The notes beneath the pieces are model-generated. The model searched no databases, had not been told where the DNA came from, and worked only from the letters and a program-made list of their open reading frames with translations. DNA of 64,000 nucleotides from the NCBI GenBank assembly GCA_016700095.1, contig CP065002.1:867141-931140 (forward strand). Reading direction: 5' to 3'. Position 1 is the first letter of the stretch; each line of letters starts with the position of its first letter. The stretch comes from Candidatus Woesebacteria bacterium (GTDB taxonomy: Bacteria > Patescibacteriota > Microgenomatia > UBA8517). Shown here piece by piece: positions 10,497 through 20,735 of this stretch. The translations under genes and the position numbers were made by a program.

Positions 10497-12458
10497 ATGA
10501 TCAAATTACCAAAGGTATCAACACGCAGTTTAATGCCGTACTTTTTCATAATTCTATCGACTATAGTATTATACCTCCCGGTTTTAATAAATAGTGATCT
10601 TTTTTTGAATAGAGGTAACGACTTAACCGAATTCTTCTGGCCGATTTATTTATATGTCAAAAACCAGATTTTAGCGACACATAAATTGCCATATTGGAAT
10701 GGCATGTTCTTGTCAGGTGTGCCACTTTTACCTGACCCCCAATCGCCTATCTTTTATCTTCCCAATATCATTTTTATGGTCTTGCCCATCGGAGTTGCTT
10801 TTATCATTTCATCGATAATACATACTGCATTTGGGGGAATCGGAACATATTTGGTATGCTACAAGGGACTAAAATTTAAGCTACTACCTTCATTGTTTGG
10901 ATCCTTTGCATATCTACATCTGGCTCGGTATAGCGGCTTCATAGAAGCCGGTCATTTCGGCTTAATAGCGGCCACAACATACATTCCTTACGTTTTTTTA
11001 TCACTAATTATGATCTCAAGAAATCCCTCCCTCACATGGTCGGTAATTTTTGCTTCAAGTTTAGCGGGTATATTTTTCACTCACCCGACAACATTTGTAT
11101 ACGCAGCACTTTTTTCATTTCCGGTATTTTTCACTCTTACTAATTTAACTAGGCGAGCACATAAAACTTGGCTTTTTTATATTATCGGCGGACTTATTTC
11201 ATTTGGATTTACGGCAATAACACTGTTACCTCAATTAAACTGGGTTCCTCAAACTAATAGATTTTTATTATCGGTTGATAAAGATGTATACCCCAAGTGG
11301 AATTCTATTGGCGAATATGCTCAAAGCATTTTCGCTCCGTGGCTTAATGGCATATCAGGGATTAGATCGATCGACTCGGAAAAATGGCTTTTTATTGGTA
11401 TATTGCCAAGTATATTGGCGGTATATGGTTTTACGCAAATTAAAACCGCAAAGAAGAAAGTATGTATAATGCTACTTCTATTTACCTTTGCCCTATTTTC
11501 TCTAAATAACTTGTCACCATTTTACACTGCGCTTCTTAATCAAAATTGGTATGTTTTCGGCCGTGTCTCAACGCGAGTATGGTTTATGGTTTCTTTTCCG
11601 ATTATTTTGCTGGCAACATATGCAATTAATGTTTTAAGCACTAAACACACCAGATTAGCTTACATTCTTGCAATGCTAGCAGTTGTTGAGATTACAACAA
11701 TTTCACTAAGCCACATTACCAAACCGATACGTAACGATAGACTTATAGCAAGTAAAAACGTCTTGTCTTTTCTTGCAAACGACAAAGATAGATTTAGAGT
11801 ATTTTGTACCACCAGATGTTTCTCTCAAAAGGATGTAGCCGAATACGGCTTAGAAACAATCGAAGGATACTCGACCCTGCACCAAAAAAATTATTACCAG
11901 AGTGCATGGGGAATGACCGGAGCTTATTGGAATTATTACACACTCACGCTTCCGCCAATCGGGTCATACAAATATGGGAAATTAGATCCAAATTATGAGA
12001 GTCTGGGCAATTTCAATACAAAATATATCGTATCGCCTTATGAAATAGTCCATTCCGATATCGTGTTTCTTACTGCTATTGATGGTTTTAATATTTATTC
12101 TAATAATAAATACAAACCACGTGGTTATTTTGTTGAAAACGACAAAACGCAGACAGCCGATATTAAATACTACTCTCCCAACAAAATCGTTATTAACGTC
12201 AACACCACATCAAAACATCTAATTCTCGCCGAAGTGTTTAGCCCCGGATGGATTGCTTTGGCCGACACGAAAAAAGTGCAAGTGCAAGAAACCCCCAATG
12301 CACAAAGAGCAATAGATTTACCATTAGATACTAAAATGGTTGAATTATATTATCAACCCGTCGGATATAATTTGGGAAAAACTATTACTGTTGCGACTTT
12401 GATTGGTTTATCGTTCTATGTATTAAGTGTTAACTTGAAGAAAATCAAACTACCTTAA
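10497..12458 (+). CDS. YfhO-family membrane glycosyltransferase (GT-C-like)
   Basis: FFWPIYLYVKNQILATHKLPYWNGMFLSGVPLLPDPQSPIFYLPNI closely resembles the conserved YfhO N-terminal signature (hexose-P-C55-dependent glycosylation of teichoic acids). The ORF track start at 10434 is a GTG codon. ATG codons at 10497 and 10536 are more plausible starts. Confidence 0.6.
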   Translation: MIKLPKVSTRSLMPYFFIILSTIVLYLPVLINSDLFLNRGNDLTEFFWPIYLYVKNQILATHKLPYWNGMFLSGVPLLPDPQSPIFYLPNIIFMVLPIGVAFIISSIIHTAFGGIGTYLVCYKGLKFKLLPSLFGSFAYLHLARYSGFIEAGHFGLIAATTYIPYVFLSLIMISRNPSLTWSVIFASSLAGIFFTHPTTFVYAALFSFPVFFTLTNLTRRAHKTWLFYIIGGLISFGFTAITLLPQLNWVPQTNRFLLSVDKDVYPKWNSIGEYAQSIFAPWLNGISGIRSIDSEKWLFIGILPSILAVYGFTQIKTAKKKVCIMLLLFTFALFSLNNLSPFYTALLNQNWYVFGRVSTRVWFMVSFPIILLATYAINVLSTKHTRLAYILAMLAVVEITTISLSHITKPIRNDRLIASKNVLSFLANDKDRFRVFCTTRCFSQKDVAEYGLETIEGYSTLHQKNYYQSAWGMTGAYWNYYTLTLPPIGSYKYGKLDPNYESLGNFNTKYIVSPYEIVHSDIVFLTAIDGFNIYSNNKYKPRGYFVENDKTQTADIKYYSPNKIVINVNTTSKHLILAEVFSPGWIALADTKKVQVQETPNAQRAIDLPLDTKMVELYYQPVGYNLGKTITVATLIGLSFYVLSVNLKKIKLP

Positions 12459-12489
12459 TTATGATTGCAAATTATTGCATGTTTAGTCA

Positions 12490-13980
12490 ATGAAATTAGT
12501 AATTTACAAAAACTACAAGATTATTTTAATATTAGTACTTTCTAGTTTACTACGTTTTTCCAACTTGCCTGCAAAAATTACTTTTACCGCAGATGAAGCA
12601 TATCTGTCCTACGTCGCCCAAACACTGATTAAAAACTTCCACATCATATGGATTGGTTGGAGTGCATTAGGGTTTGACGTTTACTTAGGGCCCTTATGGA
12701 TATATGTCATTTATCCATTTCTATATTTATCGCACGGAAATCCCATTATTCTGGGTTATATTTCCGGTTTTCTTGGAGTACTAACAACTTTTGCAATTTA
12801 TAAAATCGGCTCTAAATTTTTTAATCACCAAGTAGCCATCTTGTCATCACTAAGTTACGCACTATTGCCCTTATTAATTTATTATGATCAAAAACCTTAT
12901 CCACCCGCCATACCACTTATTAGTCTTCTTGTGACATTTGCTTTACTGAAAGTAAGAAAAAGCGCCAAGTGGTGGGTCGTAATTTCATTTCTTTATGGAC
13001 TGGTTTTTAATATTCACCTTTCATTGGTTTTACTTGCTTTTCCTATCCTTTACGCATTATTTACTGGAAAAAAATATCTTAACAAAAAAATATTAGTCAG
13101 TTCATTTCTGGTATTTATTGTTACCGTTTCACCGCTTATTGTTTTTGATTATTATAAGAAAGGGTACAACATACAAGCTCCCCTAAGAGCGTTTAATGCT
13201 AGTCAAAACTCTACCGAAAAAACCTCCGGTCATTACGACGAATTGTTTTCTTCCTTTGGACGAATTTGGTATTTGAATTCATTTAGTGAAGTCGCCGACG
13301 AAATAATACCAACATGCAAAGAAAATGCGCTATCGACTTACTCACGACCTCCGCTTGGCATATCTATCGTTTCGTTGGCAATTTTTATATCCTTTGCTCT
13401 TAATAAAAAAACATGGAAGGATTATTCGCGTAAAATGTTACTTTTTGTCAGTTTAACATTTATCATTCCTTTTACGTTAGTTACCGTTATTAATCCTGTT
13501 GAATATTATCTGCTGGGGTTTTTCCCGATTTTACTCATTATTACATCAGTAGTTATTTACGACCAAAGAAAAATAGTCAAGATGTTTTTATTGCTACTTA
13601 TGTTTTCGTGTTTGATCTATGCACCATTCGTAACCCTAAGAGCAAATACAAATTACGGTCTTGAGGCAAAAAAAGAACTGGCTCAACAAGTTGCCCAATT
13701 AGTCGACGGCAAACCTTATTACCTGCAAGCCCGTGGCGGTTGTCAAAGCGTGGGTGGATGGCGATATCTTTTTTCCATCTATGGGCAACGACCCGCAAAA
13801 AGCTATGACGACGTAAGTTTTGGCTGGCTTTATCCTGATGAAATAACAAGTGAAAAAAGCGTTTACGAAGTATTAGTTGTTGAGAAACGGGCAAGTGATC
13901 ACACTAATTTATATACTAATTACGTTAACAAGGTAACATCCGGGGGTTATGAGGCTTTGATTTATAAAATTAGTGATTAG
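12490..13980 (+). CDS. GT-C glycosyltransferase, ArnT/PMT (GT39/PMT_2)-like
   Basis: N-terminal TM helix then FTADEAYLSYVAQ (DE motif), with more than 10 TM helices after it. 496 aa. Confidence 0.65.
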   Translation: MKLVIYKNYKIILILVLSSLLRFSNLPAKITFTADEAYLSYVAQTLIKNFHIIWIGWSALGFDVYLGPLWIYVIYPFLYLSHGNPIILGYISGFLGVLTTFAIYKIGSKFFNHQVAILSSLSYALLPLLIYYDQKPYPPAIPLISLLVTFALLKVRKSAKWWVVISFLYGLVFNIHLSLVLLAFPILYALFTGKKYLNKKILVSSFLVFIVTVSPLIVFDYYKKGYNIQAPLRAFNASQNSTEKTSGHYDELFSSFGRIWYLNSFSEVADEIIPTCKENALSTYSRPPLGISIVSLAIFISFALNKKTWKDYSRKMLLFVSLTFIIPFTLVTVINPVEYYLLGFFPILLIITSVVIYDQRKIVKMFLLLLMFSCLIYAPFVTLRANTNYGLEAKKELAQQVAQLVDGKPYYLQARGGCQSVGGWRYLFSIYGQRPAKSYDDVSFGWLYPDEITSEKSVYEVLVVEKRASDHTNLYTNYVNKVTSGGYEALIYKISD

Positions 13981-14705
13981 GTGTGTAACTTTTTTGATAT
14001 ATACCTAGTCCAAAATACCAGAATATATGTTTGAATAAATATCGCCCATTTAACGGTTTGCAAATAGTTGCCGACTATCGCCGATTCACCGACTCTTTGT
14101 AAATATGTTACAGGTACTTCAACGAATGAAAGTTTGTTGGAAACGGTAAGTAAGGTTAATTGAGTATTAAAAAGAGGCGACTTCTCAAATCCCCACTTCC
14201 TTTTAAGAATATTTAGAGCTTTTCTAGAAAACAATTTATAAGTACAGCCCACATCCGTTAAAGCGTTGGTATTAAAAAGCACTTCAATAGTTTTTGCTTC
14301 AATTACATTGGCAAATTTACGAAACACGCCCATACCGGCACCGGAGAGTGACGAAATTAAACTCGTACGTGAACCAAGTACTACTTCAAAATCATTTGAG
14401 TAAACCAGTAGTCGCTCCAGGTCTTTTGCCAAAAAGCTTCCATCCGGTTCACACGCCACTATAAGATCACCTCTTGCCGTGTTTAATCCCTTCTGAAAGG
14501 CATATCCATATCCCTGGCGATCTTCGTATACTATTTTTACACCGGTTTTATTTACTTCTTGGTCTGTACCTTTTTGGGCATTATTGTTTACTACTATGAT
14601 TTCATCAACAAATTGTGTTTTTTGAAAACTTTCGATTACTCTGCGAATCGTTTTTTTCTCGCGGTATGTGGCTAAAACTAAAGAGACTGTTTTTCCTTTA
14701 TACAT
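13977..14705 (-). CDS. GT2, DPM1/GtrB-like polyprenol-phosphate sugar synthase (soluble form)
   Basis: VSLVLATYREKKTI...EIIVVNNN...ACEPDGSF; 242 aa. The Gtr-like arrangement with the adjacent small membrane protein and GT-C is described in the findings. Confidence 0.65.
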   Translation of the reverse strand: MYKGKTVSLVLATYREKKTIRRVIESFQKTQFVDEIIVVNNNAQKGTDQEVNKTGVKIVYEDRQGYGYAFQKGLNTARGDLIVACEPDGSFLAKDLERLLVYSNDFEVVLGSRTSLISSLSGAGMGVFRKFANVIEAKTIEVLFNTNALTDVGCTYKLFSRKALNILKRKWGFEKSPLFNTQLTLLTVSNKLSFVEVPVTYLQRVGESAIVGNYLQTVKWAIFIQTYILVFWTRYISKKLHT

Positions 14706-14707
14706 AT

Positions 14708-15139
14708 TTATTTACATTTATAAAATTCATAAACCGATATTGTGAGCCCCAAGATAAAAGCCTGAAACATATAAATCATTGTTCGCTCGGCCCACACGCC
14801 AACCCCTAGAGCGAGCAATAATTCCGCAAAGGCTAAAAAAAACAACGATATCACAAAAATAACTTTGCTAGTTGCCCCAAGCATTATTACGGCAAGAATC
14901 AAACTAATCATGACAATAATATTTATCGTTAGTGGCAAAAAGGGGTGAAAATATCCGGCAGAATGAAGCAAGACAAGAAGTATTAGAATAATATTATAGG
15001 TAAATAGACCGGAAAGATGTTTATTTGCCCATGCTTTTGTTTTGACCTCTTTATGTCCCCAAAAGGTTCTTGACAGTCGTTTATTTATGTACTTTTTTAG
15101 ATCTTTTAACATAATTATAAAGAGGAAATATGAGCACAC
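14708..15139 (-). CDS. Small 3-4 TM membrane protein, possibly a GtrA/GtcA-like lipid-sugar flippase. Function unproven.
   Basis: 143 aa with hydrophobic helices. Sits between a GtrB-like GT2 and a giant GT-C. No recognisable GtrA signature, and the true start is uncertain. Overlaps the 3' end of the upstream gene. Confidence 0.3.
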   Translation of the reverse strand: MCSYFLFIIMLKDLKKYINKRLSRTFWGHKEVKTKAWANKHLSGLFTYNIILILLVLLHSAGYFHPFLPLTINIIVMISLILAVIMLGATSKVIFVISLFFLAFAELLLALGVGVWAERTMIYMFQAFILGLTISVYEFYKCK

Positions 15140-18038
15140 ATATCACAACCGTCGCCAAACTTACAAATAGTCCAAAGTAATAATATTTCTGTGTGGTATA
15201 GAATATTGTAAATTCCTGTGTAGTGCTATTCCCGGGCATATACCAAGCGTTTGCGTATCCATGGGCACTAAAGTGTAGTGGTTTTCCCAAATATGAGGCG
15301 CTAACGATATTCCAGTTCGGACTATATTTTTCCAAAAACACTAGCAAGTAATTATCATTGATATTTTCCACCTTCACCTTGTACTTCGTTGGGTTAACTT
15401 TTGTAAAAGATACCGTTGGAGTATGTATCGTGTCAGCATTTTGTTCTATTAAAAAAAGCTTATTATCATAGATACGCTTAAAGGAGATATTTTCAAAATA
15501 TGTTTTACTTCTCTTCTCCCGACTATCAACTGGGATTTCTATCACCACATTCATCGTTGAACTTGCTCTGACTGGTTCAACAAAAATTTCTTTTTTATTC
15601 CAATCGGTATCTTCATCGACTTTAGTGGGTAAAACCTTATACTTCGCAGCTCCGCTTTCTTGGACTATATTAACATTCGGTGTATTACCATAGATATATT
15701 TGTATTCATATGAGAACAGATAATTGGCGTATGGATTGAATTCATCTACCGGGACAATTAGACTCTTCTCATTAATACCATCATTAAACACGATCAACAC
15801 ATTGTCGTTATTCAATAATTCTTCTCCTTTGATATGGAGATTTTCATTTCCCTTTAATACCAGATCTTTGCTGATCAGGTTACTGTTCTCAGGATAAACA
15901 ATATCCACATTATGTTCACCCTGCGTGACCTTAATATTTTTGAGTATGTAAAATGTATCGGTTTCAACAATTTCTGTATCTTTATTTAACAGATCCGGGA
16001 AAATTACGCTTAGATCACTTCCGTTGTAACCTCTTTTTTCGATCGCTAATTCATAAATTCCCTCAGGAACATTTATTAAATACCTTTGACGATTTCCAAC
16101 CGGATTACTGCCATAGGTCGTATTGTCTAACTGGAATATGTTTTTCTTGATATCTTGCGAATTATCTATCTTATTTACTTCACTGTCACCAGCGAGAGTA
16201 ATTACGCGATTTGGATCAAGATATGGCAGTAACGTATCAAATACAGAATCATCAGAATTATTTGTATATAGTCCGTTTGCAGTAAGAATTTTACCAGGAT
16301 AGTCAGCATTTTGGTAAAAAGTCCATTCACCGAAAACCAGTTTATCTTTTTCCGGTATTTCTTTTGAATGATATATGGATACGGCGTCATTTTTCATGAA
16401 TAAAGTATCAGCATTCAAAAACGATAGAGACTTAAATACCGAGTCGTAATTCTCCTGTTTGATATTATTATAGATTCCTTGCAATATAGGCTTTAGTCCC
16501 TTACCCAGAAAAACAAAGGATGGTGCCACGGTTTCTTTGGACGAAAATAGATTAAGAACGGTTTCTGTACCCCTATATCCCCATTTAAACTGTTCCAGTT
16601 CATCCTCGGGATAAACAACGATACGAGCACTACTCTCACTATTATCAAGATATTTTTTTGTTTCCCATACATAGTCGGGGATTTTAACAAAAAAACTATC
16701 TGATTTTTGTGGACGAAATATTTTACCTGTTATAAGTGGATACTCATAAAGTAAGCCTCCAATTACAAAAATTACTACTCCCAAATATATCAAGCGCTTG
16801 CCAAGTATTATATTGAGAATTTTCTTGTCACCAAACCTTTTTAATATATTTTCAACAAGTAATCCGGAAAGCACGGCATATGCCAATATCACGTAAGGCG
16901 TAAATATATACCATGGACTTCTGAAAAACGAAAAGTACGGTATATATTTAGCCATCAAATTATATAAACTACCTGTTGGTTCATGTAATCCGGCTCCCAT
17001 AAAGATACCGATTACCAACATAATTCCTGTATATACATACAAATAGTTTTTCTTATTGTTTAGTAAGATGTAGGAAATAATTACAAGCGTTGGAACAACA
17101 AAACTAAACAGAATAAAGGGGAGTTTATAAAAATAGTTTAATGCGTATGGAATATACATCGGAAAACCCGATTGATCAACGGCATACCAATCCCAAGCTC
17201 CTTGTAATCTAATAACATTCAGAAGGCTGGTGTTTTCAGATAATGCCGCAACCCAGTTTGTATATCCAATATTCTCCAGAGTTAATACTGCTCGATCCGC
17301 TAGCATAAAGTGCGAAAACGGTACAACCCAATATAAATTTGACATAATGATAACTACACTCATTAACATTGCACCTAAGAAGATATGTCTGATTTCTCGT
17401 TTTCTAAAAGGTAATATTGTTAGAAAGTAAATTATCACTCCACCCATTAATGTAATAATATATGCAGGATTTATCCCGGCACCTGAAGTAATCATGGAAA
17501 ACAAAACACTATAAAAGAGTAACTTCCCATTCGATAGGGCATCAAATACATATCGATTGGCTAACCCAATAAATAGCGGTAAACCTACCATAACTGCGAG
17601 GTTAGCAACTTTAACGTTTTCCCATGTGTTGAACAAATAAATATTATATGTATAAATAAATACAAGTATTAGCTGAGCAAGTTTATTGTTTTTAAGAAAG
17701 GTTCGCGAAAGATAATAAGAACCAAAAACAATTGAAGAAAACCAAAATACAAGTGAGATTATTTGCACATGCCGTAAATTAAATCCCAAAACATGAGGTA
17801 TAACTTGAATCAAATGAAAAAACCAACCGGAAGTTGACGTTGTCGCATCCGCGCCGGTTCCAATTGTGTCATTCCAAACAAAAAAGCGTCTTTCAAACCA
17901 GACCAGAGGATCAAGTGGAAAGTTGGTATCTAGTCCATTAATGATGACATCGGGTCTACCAACAAACCACAGCAATGGAGTTAGTGACATGGCAAACATT
18001 ATAATTGTAAGCCAATGCTCTTTAATTATTTGTTTCAT
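15081..18038 (-). CDS. Giant GT-C-like membrane glycosyltransferase (985 aa), AftD/DUF3367-like
   Basis: The N-terminal loop GRPDVIINGLDTNFPLDPLVWFERRFFVWNDTIGTG resembles the DTKLDL...W.P..G.G signature of alpha-(1->3)-arabinofuranosyltransferase-like proteins. About 14 TM helices and a roughly 550-aa extracytoplasmic C-terminus. Confidence 0.5.
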   Translation of the reverse strand: MKQIIKEHWLTIIMFAMSLTPLLWFVGRPDVIINGLDTNFPLDPLVWFERRFFVWNDTIGTGADATTSTSGWFFHLIQVIPHVLGFNLRHVQIISLVFWFSSIVFGSYYLSRTFLKNNKLAQLILVFIYTYNIYLFNTWENVKVANLAVMVGLPLFIGLANRYVFDALSNGKLLFYSVLFSMITSGAGINPAYIITLMGGVIIYFLTILPFRKREIRHIFLGAMLMSVVIIMSNLYWVVPFSHFMLADRAVLTLENIGYTNWVAALSENTSLLNVIRLQGAWDWYAVDQSGFPMYIPYALNYFYKLPFILFSFVVPTLVIISYILLNNKKNYLYVYTGIMLVIGIFMGAGLHEPTGSLYNLMAKYIPYFSFFRSPWYIFTPYVILAYAVLSGLLVENILKRFGDKKILNIILGKRLIYLGVVIFVIGGLLYEYPLITGKIFRPQKSDSFFVKIPDYVWETKKYLDNSESSARIVVYPEDELEQFKWGYRGTETVLNLFSSKETVAPSFVFLGKGLKPILQGIYNNIKQENYDSVFKSLSFLNADTLFMKNDAVSIYHSKEIPEKDKLVFGEWTFYQNADYPGKILTANGLYTNNSDDSVFDTLLPYLDPNRVITLAGDSEVNKIDNSQDIKKNIFQLDNTTYGSNPVGNRQRYLINVPEGIYELAIEKRGYNGSDLSVIFPDLLNKDTEIVETDTFYILKNIKVTQGEHNVDIVYPENSNLISKDLVLKGNENLHIKGEELLNNDNVLIVFNDGINEKSLIVPVDEFNPYANYLFSYEYKYIYGNTPNVNIVQESGAAKYKVLPTKVDEDTDWNKKEIFVEPVRASSTMNVVIEIPVDSREKRSKTYFENISFKRIYDNKLFLIEQNADTIHTPTVSFTKVNPTKYKVKVENINDNYLLVFLEKYSPNWNIVSASYLGKPLHFSAHGYANAWYMPGNSTTQEFTIFYTTQKYYYFGLFVSLATVVICVLIFPLYNYVKRSKKVHK

Positions 18039-19680
18039 ATTCTTTCTTTATTTCATCAGTAATTTCAATTAATGATTCAATATCTCCTTGCCATTTATAG
18101 GCTATAATTGCATTACTTGGAATATTATATTCTTTTATTGCATTAAATAACTTATCTTTATCTCTAAAGTATCCAAAACCTCGACCGTCATACTCTTTGT
18201 AACCCTCCTCTTTGATCTCCCAAAGAAATTTGTTTTCATAAAATTGGACAGGAAGTTTTTCCTCGCTATACCAAACCAATAAAGTCTGGCCCAATCCTGA
18301 TTGAAAAGGTAATATTTTGTCGGTTTCTGGAAGTCCAAAATAAGAAGTATCGCTTTGGGTATAAAAAACTACCCTGTCAGGTAATTTGGTATGGCTGGCT
18401 TTAACTGCTAGTAATATATTTTTGCGTATTATTCCATAATCAACAAGTGTTTTAATTTGTCCAGTTAGGGCAACAATGTTTGTAATTATAACTATCGAAA
18501 GCGCGATATGTTGTGCTTTTTTATTTTTAAAAAGAGAATCCACTATCATAATAAGGAGTATAAACACTCCAACGCTTGTTAAGTATAGATTTCTCGAGTC
18601 GAGAACATTAATCTTTCCAAACCGCTCTGGGGACAAAGCATATATTAAGCTGTTTAAAATTACATAAACATAGAAGAACAATATTATATTTTTCTTTTCT
18701 TTGTCTTTGTGTCTTATGTACACAATATATATAAGGTATGAAAATATTACAAAAAAGGCTAAGGATAACCCCTCAAGAATTATTTTCTGTGCAAACAAAT
18801 CAAAGGTGGTTGTCCCAATAACAGGTCGTAACGATTCGGGTATTTTCGCCGCAATGAAATAACTAATTTTTATGAAGTACTGCAGGGGAATCACTGTTTG
18901 CGTAACAGTCTTCATGGGAAACGTAAGTAAGTTGTAAGTAATATCGGTCAAGCTTTGAGTTTCTGTTATCATGGGAGTAGCTCCGACGTTGTGTATAAAT
19001 AACATACCCGCTCGAAGTACAAAAAAGGATACTCCTGTTGCCAATGTTGCTATAAGTTGTTTATGTTTATTTTTGTTATTACTTAGATACAAGATTAGGG
19101 CATACAAAGCAAACATACCAATAGCGATTTCTTTGAACAATAAAGCGGCGATAAGCAACACAATCGAGTATGACCATCTGCGAAAATTTCCAGTTTTTCC
19201 ATATTTTATAAAATAATAGATAGAGATCAACGTGAATGAGGTTGCTCCATGTGTATTAATATTTGCCCCAACCCACGTGGTTGCTTGATAAATTGAAGCG
19301 GAAACACCAAATAGTAATGCAACTATCGATGCATAATATTTCCGCTTTAAATTCAATAAGACTAACTTGTAAACAAGAACAACATTTACTAAGTGCCACA
19401 CTAAACTTGCTCCAAACCACATTTGGTAATTTAAGTTAAATAACTTAAATATTGTTAGAAATACTATTCTTTGAAGTGGATTGTAATGATTTATTTCTAA
19501 TCGAAAGTAGCTAATTACCGTCACAAGAGGATTCTTTCCGACATCTCCCAAAACATCCGCAAACGCCAACCATTCATCTTGAGCAAAAAACGATTGGAAA
19601 CATCTTATGTAAGAAAGACATACTACCGCCAAACATGCAAACAAACCATATTTATCTAGATATTTACTTTTATTTTCCAT
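18022..19680 (-). CDS. GT-C-like membrane glycosyltransferase of the 'FxQD(D/E)' subfamily
   Basis: FFAQDEWLAF follows the first TM helix. About 11 TM helices and a roughly 150-aa soluble C-terminus. Paralogous N-terminal motif to the genes at 23351..25321 and 25318..27987. Confidence 0.45.
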   Translation of the reverse strand: MENKSKYLDKYGLFACLAVVCLSYIRCFQSFFAQDEWLAFADVLGDVGKNPLVTVISYFRLEINHYNPLQRIVFLTIFKLFNLNYQMWFGASLVWHLVNVVLVYKLVLLNLKRKYYASIVALLFGVSASIYQATTWVGANINTHGATSFTLISIYYFIKYGKTGNFRRWSYSIVLLIAALLFKEIAIGMFALYALILYLSNNKNKHKQLIATLATGVSFFVLRAGMLFIHNVGATPMITETQSLTDITYNLLTFPMKTVTQTVIPLQYFIKISYFIAAKIPESLRPVIGTTTFDLFAQKIILEGLSLAFFVIFSYLIYIVYIRHKDKEKKNIILFFYVYVILNSLIYALSPERFGKINVLDSRNLYLTSVGVFILLIMIVDSLFKNKKAQHIALSIVIITNIVALTGQIKTLVDYGIIRKNILLAVKASHTKLPDRVVFYTQSDTSYFGLPETDKILPFQSGLGQTLLVWYSEEKLPVQFYENKFLWEIKEEGYKEYDGRGFGYFRDKDKLFNAIKEYNIPSNAIIAYKWQGDIESLIEITDEIKKEYETNN

Positions 19681-20707
19681 ATGTTTTCAGTTCAGTTTTT
19701 ATATTAAATACGTATTTAATGTAATAATACACTATAGTTATCAAAGTAAAATAAACTAATAAAGGATGAATCATGTATACATAATTTCTTTTGGAAATGG
19801 TAATTCGAACACCGTCAACAAGTGGAAATATTAGTGACATACCATACAGAATAAATAAATATTTTCGAAGCCTTACATCACTGTTGGTTAGTACTTCTCG
19901 GCCGACATACCCACCCTTTCCCATGTCCGACCTAAAAATGTTGTTTTTAACGCGCGACACAATCTTTTTCACATATGTAGCCAAACTAGTGGTTGAATAA
20001 TGAAGAGTTGGATCGTTTTTTGTGATTGCGACAAGTTGCTTATCTTTTATCAGTAGGTAGAAAAGTAATGCTATATATTCAGGATGTTTCGATAAATGCG
20101 GATAGTGTTTCTTCGTGTATGTTGCATCAATCATGCACCCTCCCGCCCAGAGCTCAAATACACTACTGTTAGAGGAATTTGCAAAATCAAATATAACACA
20201 ATCTTTTGTTTCGTTAATTACACGATATTTATTTCTCAGCGATGTGATTAATGATTTATCGTCTTTGGATTCCTTGTAAACAAATTGCGTAAAGGGGTCA
20301 CCGAAGCTATTTATGTAGTAGTTAATTTTTGAATAGTTCAAAGGTGTTTTGTACCCAGTGGTGATAACTGCACGCGTATTTTTTTGTGTCTTAATGGCTT
20401 TTAGTTTTAATTCAACACTATTTACATTTTCCAAAACTTCATCGCTGTCTATAAAAATAATGTAATCCCCGGTCGCCTTGTTGTAACCCACCTGTTTCCC
20501 ATATATTAAATCAACTTTATTATTACGATATATTTTACATTTGTATTTTTTACATATAGCTAGTGTCGTATCTGTCGAACCTCCGTCAGCAATTAAAATT
20601 TCTATGACGGCACGTGTTTTTTGTTTTCTTATCGAACTAAGAGTTTTTTCGATAGTCCTAGAAGAATTCAAAGTTGGTATTACAAAGCTTACTTTATCTT
20701 TTTTCAT
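19670..20707 (-). CDS. GT2 glycosyltransferase with a C-terminal TM helix
   Basis: VSFVIPTLNSSRTI...ILIADGGSTDTT...IFIDSDE (DXD), with a hydrophobic C-terminal segment. Confidence 0.75.
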   Translation of the reverse strand: MKKDKVSFVIPTLNSSRTIEKTLSSIRKQKTRAVIEILIADGGSTDTTLAICKKYKCKIYRNNKVDLIYGKQVGYNKATGDYIIFIDSDEVLENVNSVELKLKAIKTQKNTRAVITTGYKTPLNYSKINYYINSFGDPFTQFVYKESKDDKSLITSLRNKYRVINETKDCVIFDFANSSNSSVFELWAGGCMIDATYTKKHYPHLSKHPEYIALLFYLLIKDKQLVAITKNDPTLHYSTTSLATYVKKIVSRVKNNIFRSDMGKGGYVGREVLTNSDVRLRKYLFILYGMSLIFPLVDGVRITISKRNYVYMIHPLLVYFTLITIVYYYIKYVFNIKTELKTYGK

Positions 20708-20735
20708 TATTGGTTGTAAAAACTTTTAACCATTG

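Noticed and set aside
14708-15139. Calling the 143-aa membrane protein a definite GtrA flippase
   Set aside because: Position and size fit a GtrA/GtcA-like protein. But the characteristic GtrA N-terminal motif is not evident and the start codon is ambiguous. It is reported only as a low-confidence small membrane protein.
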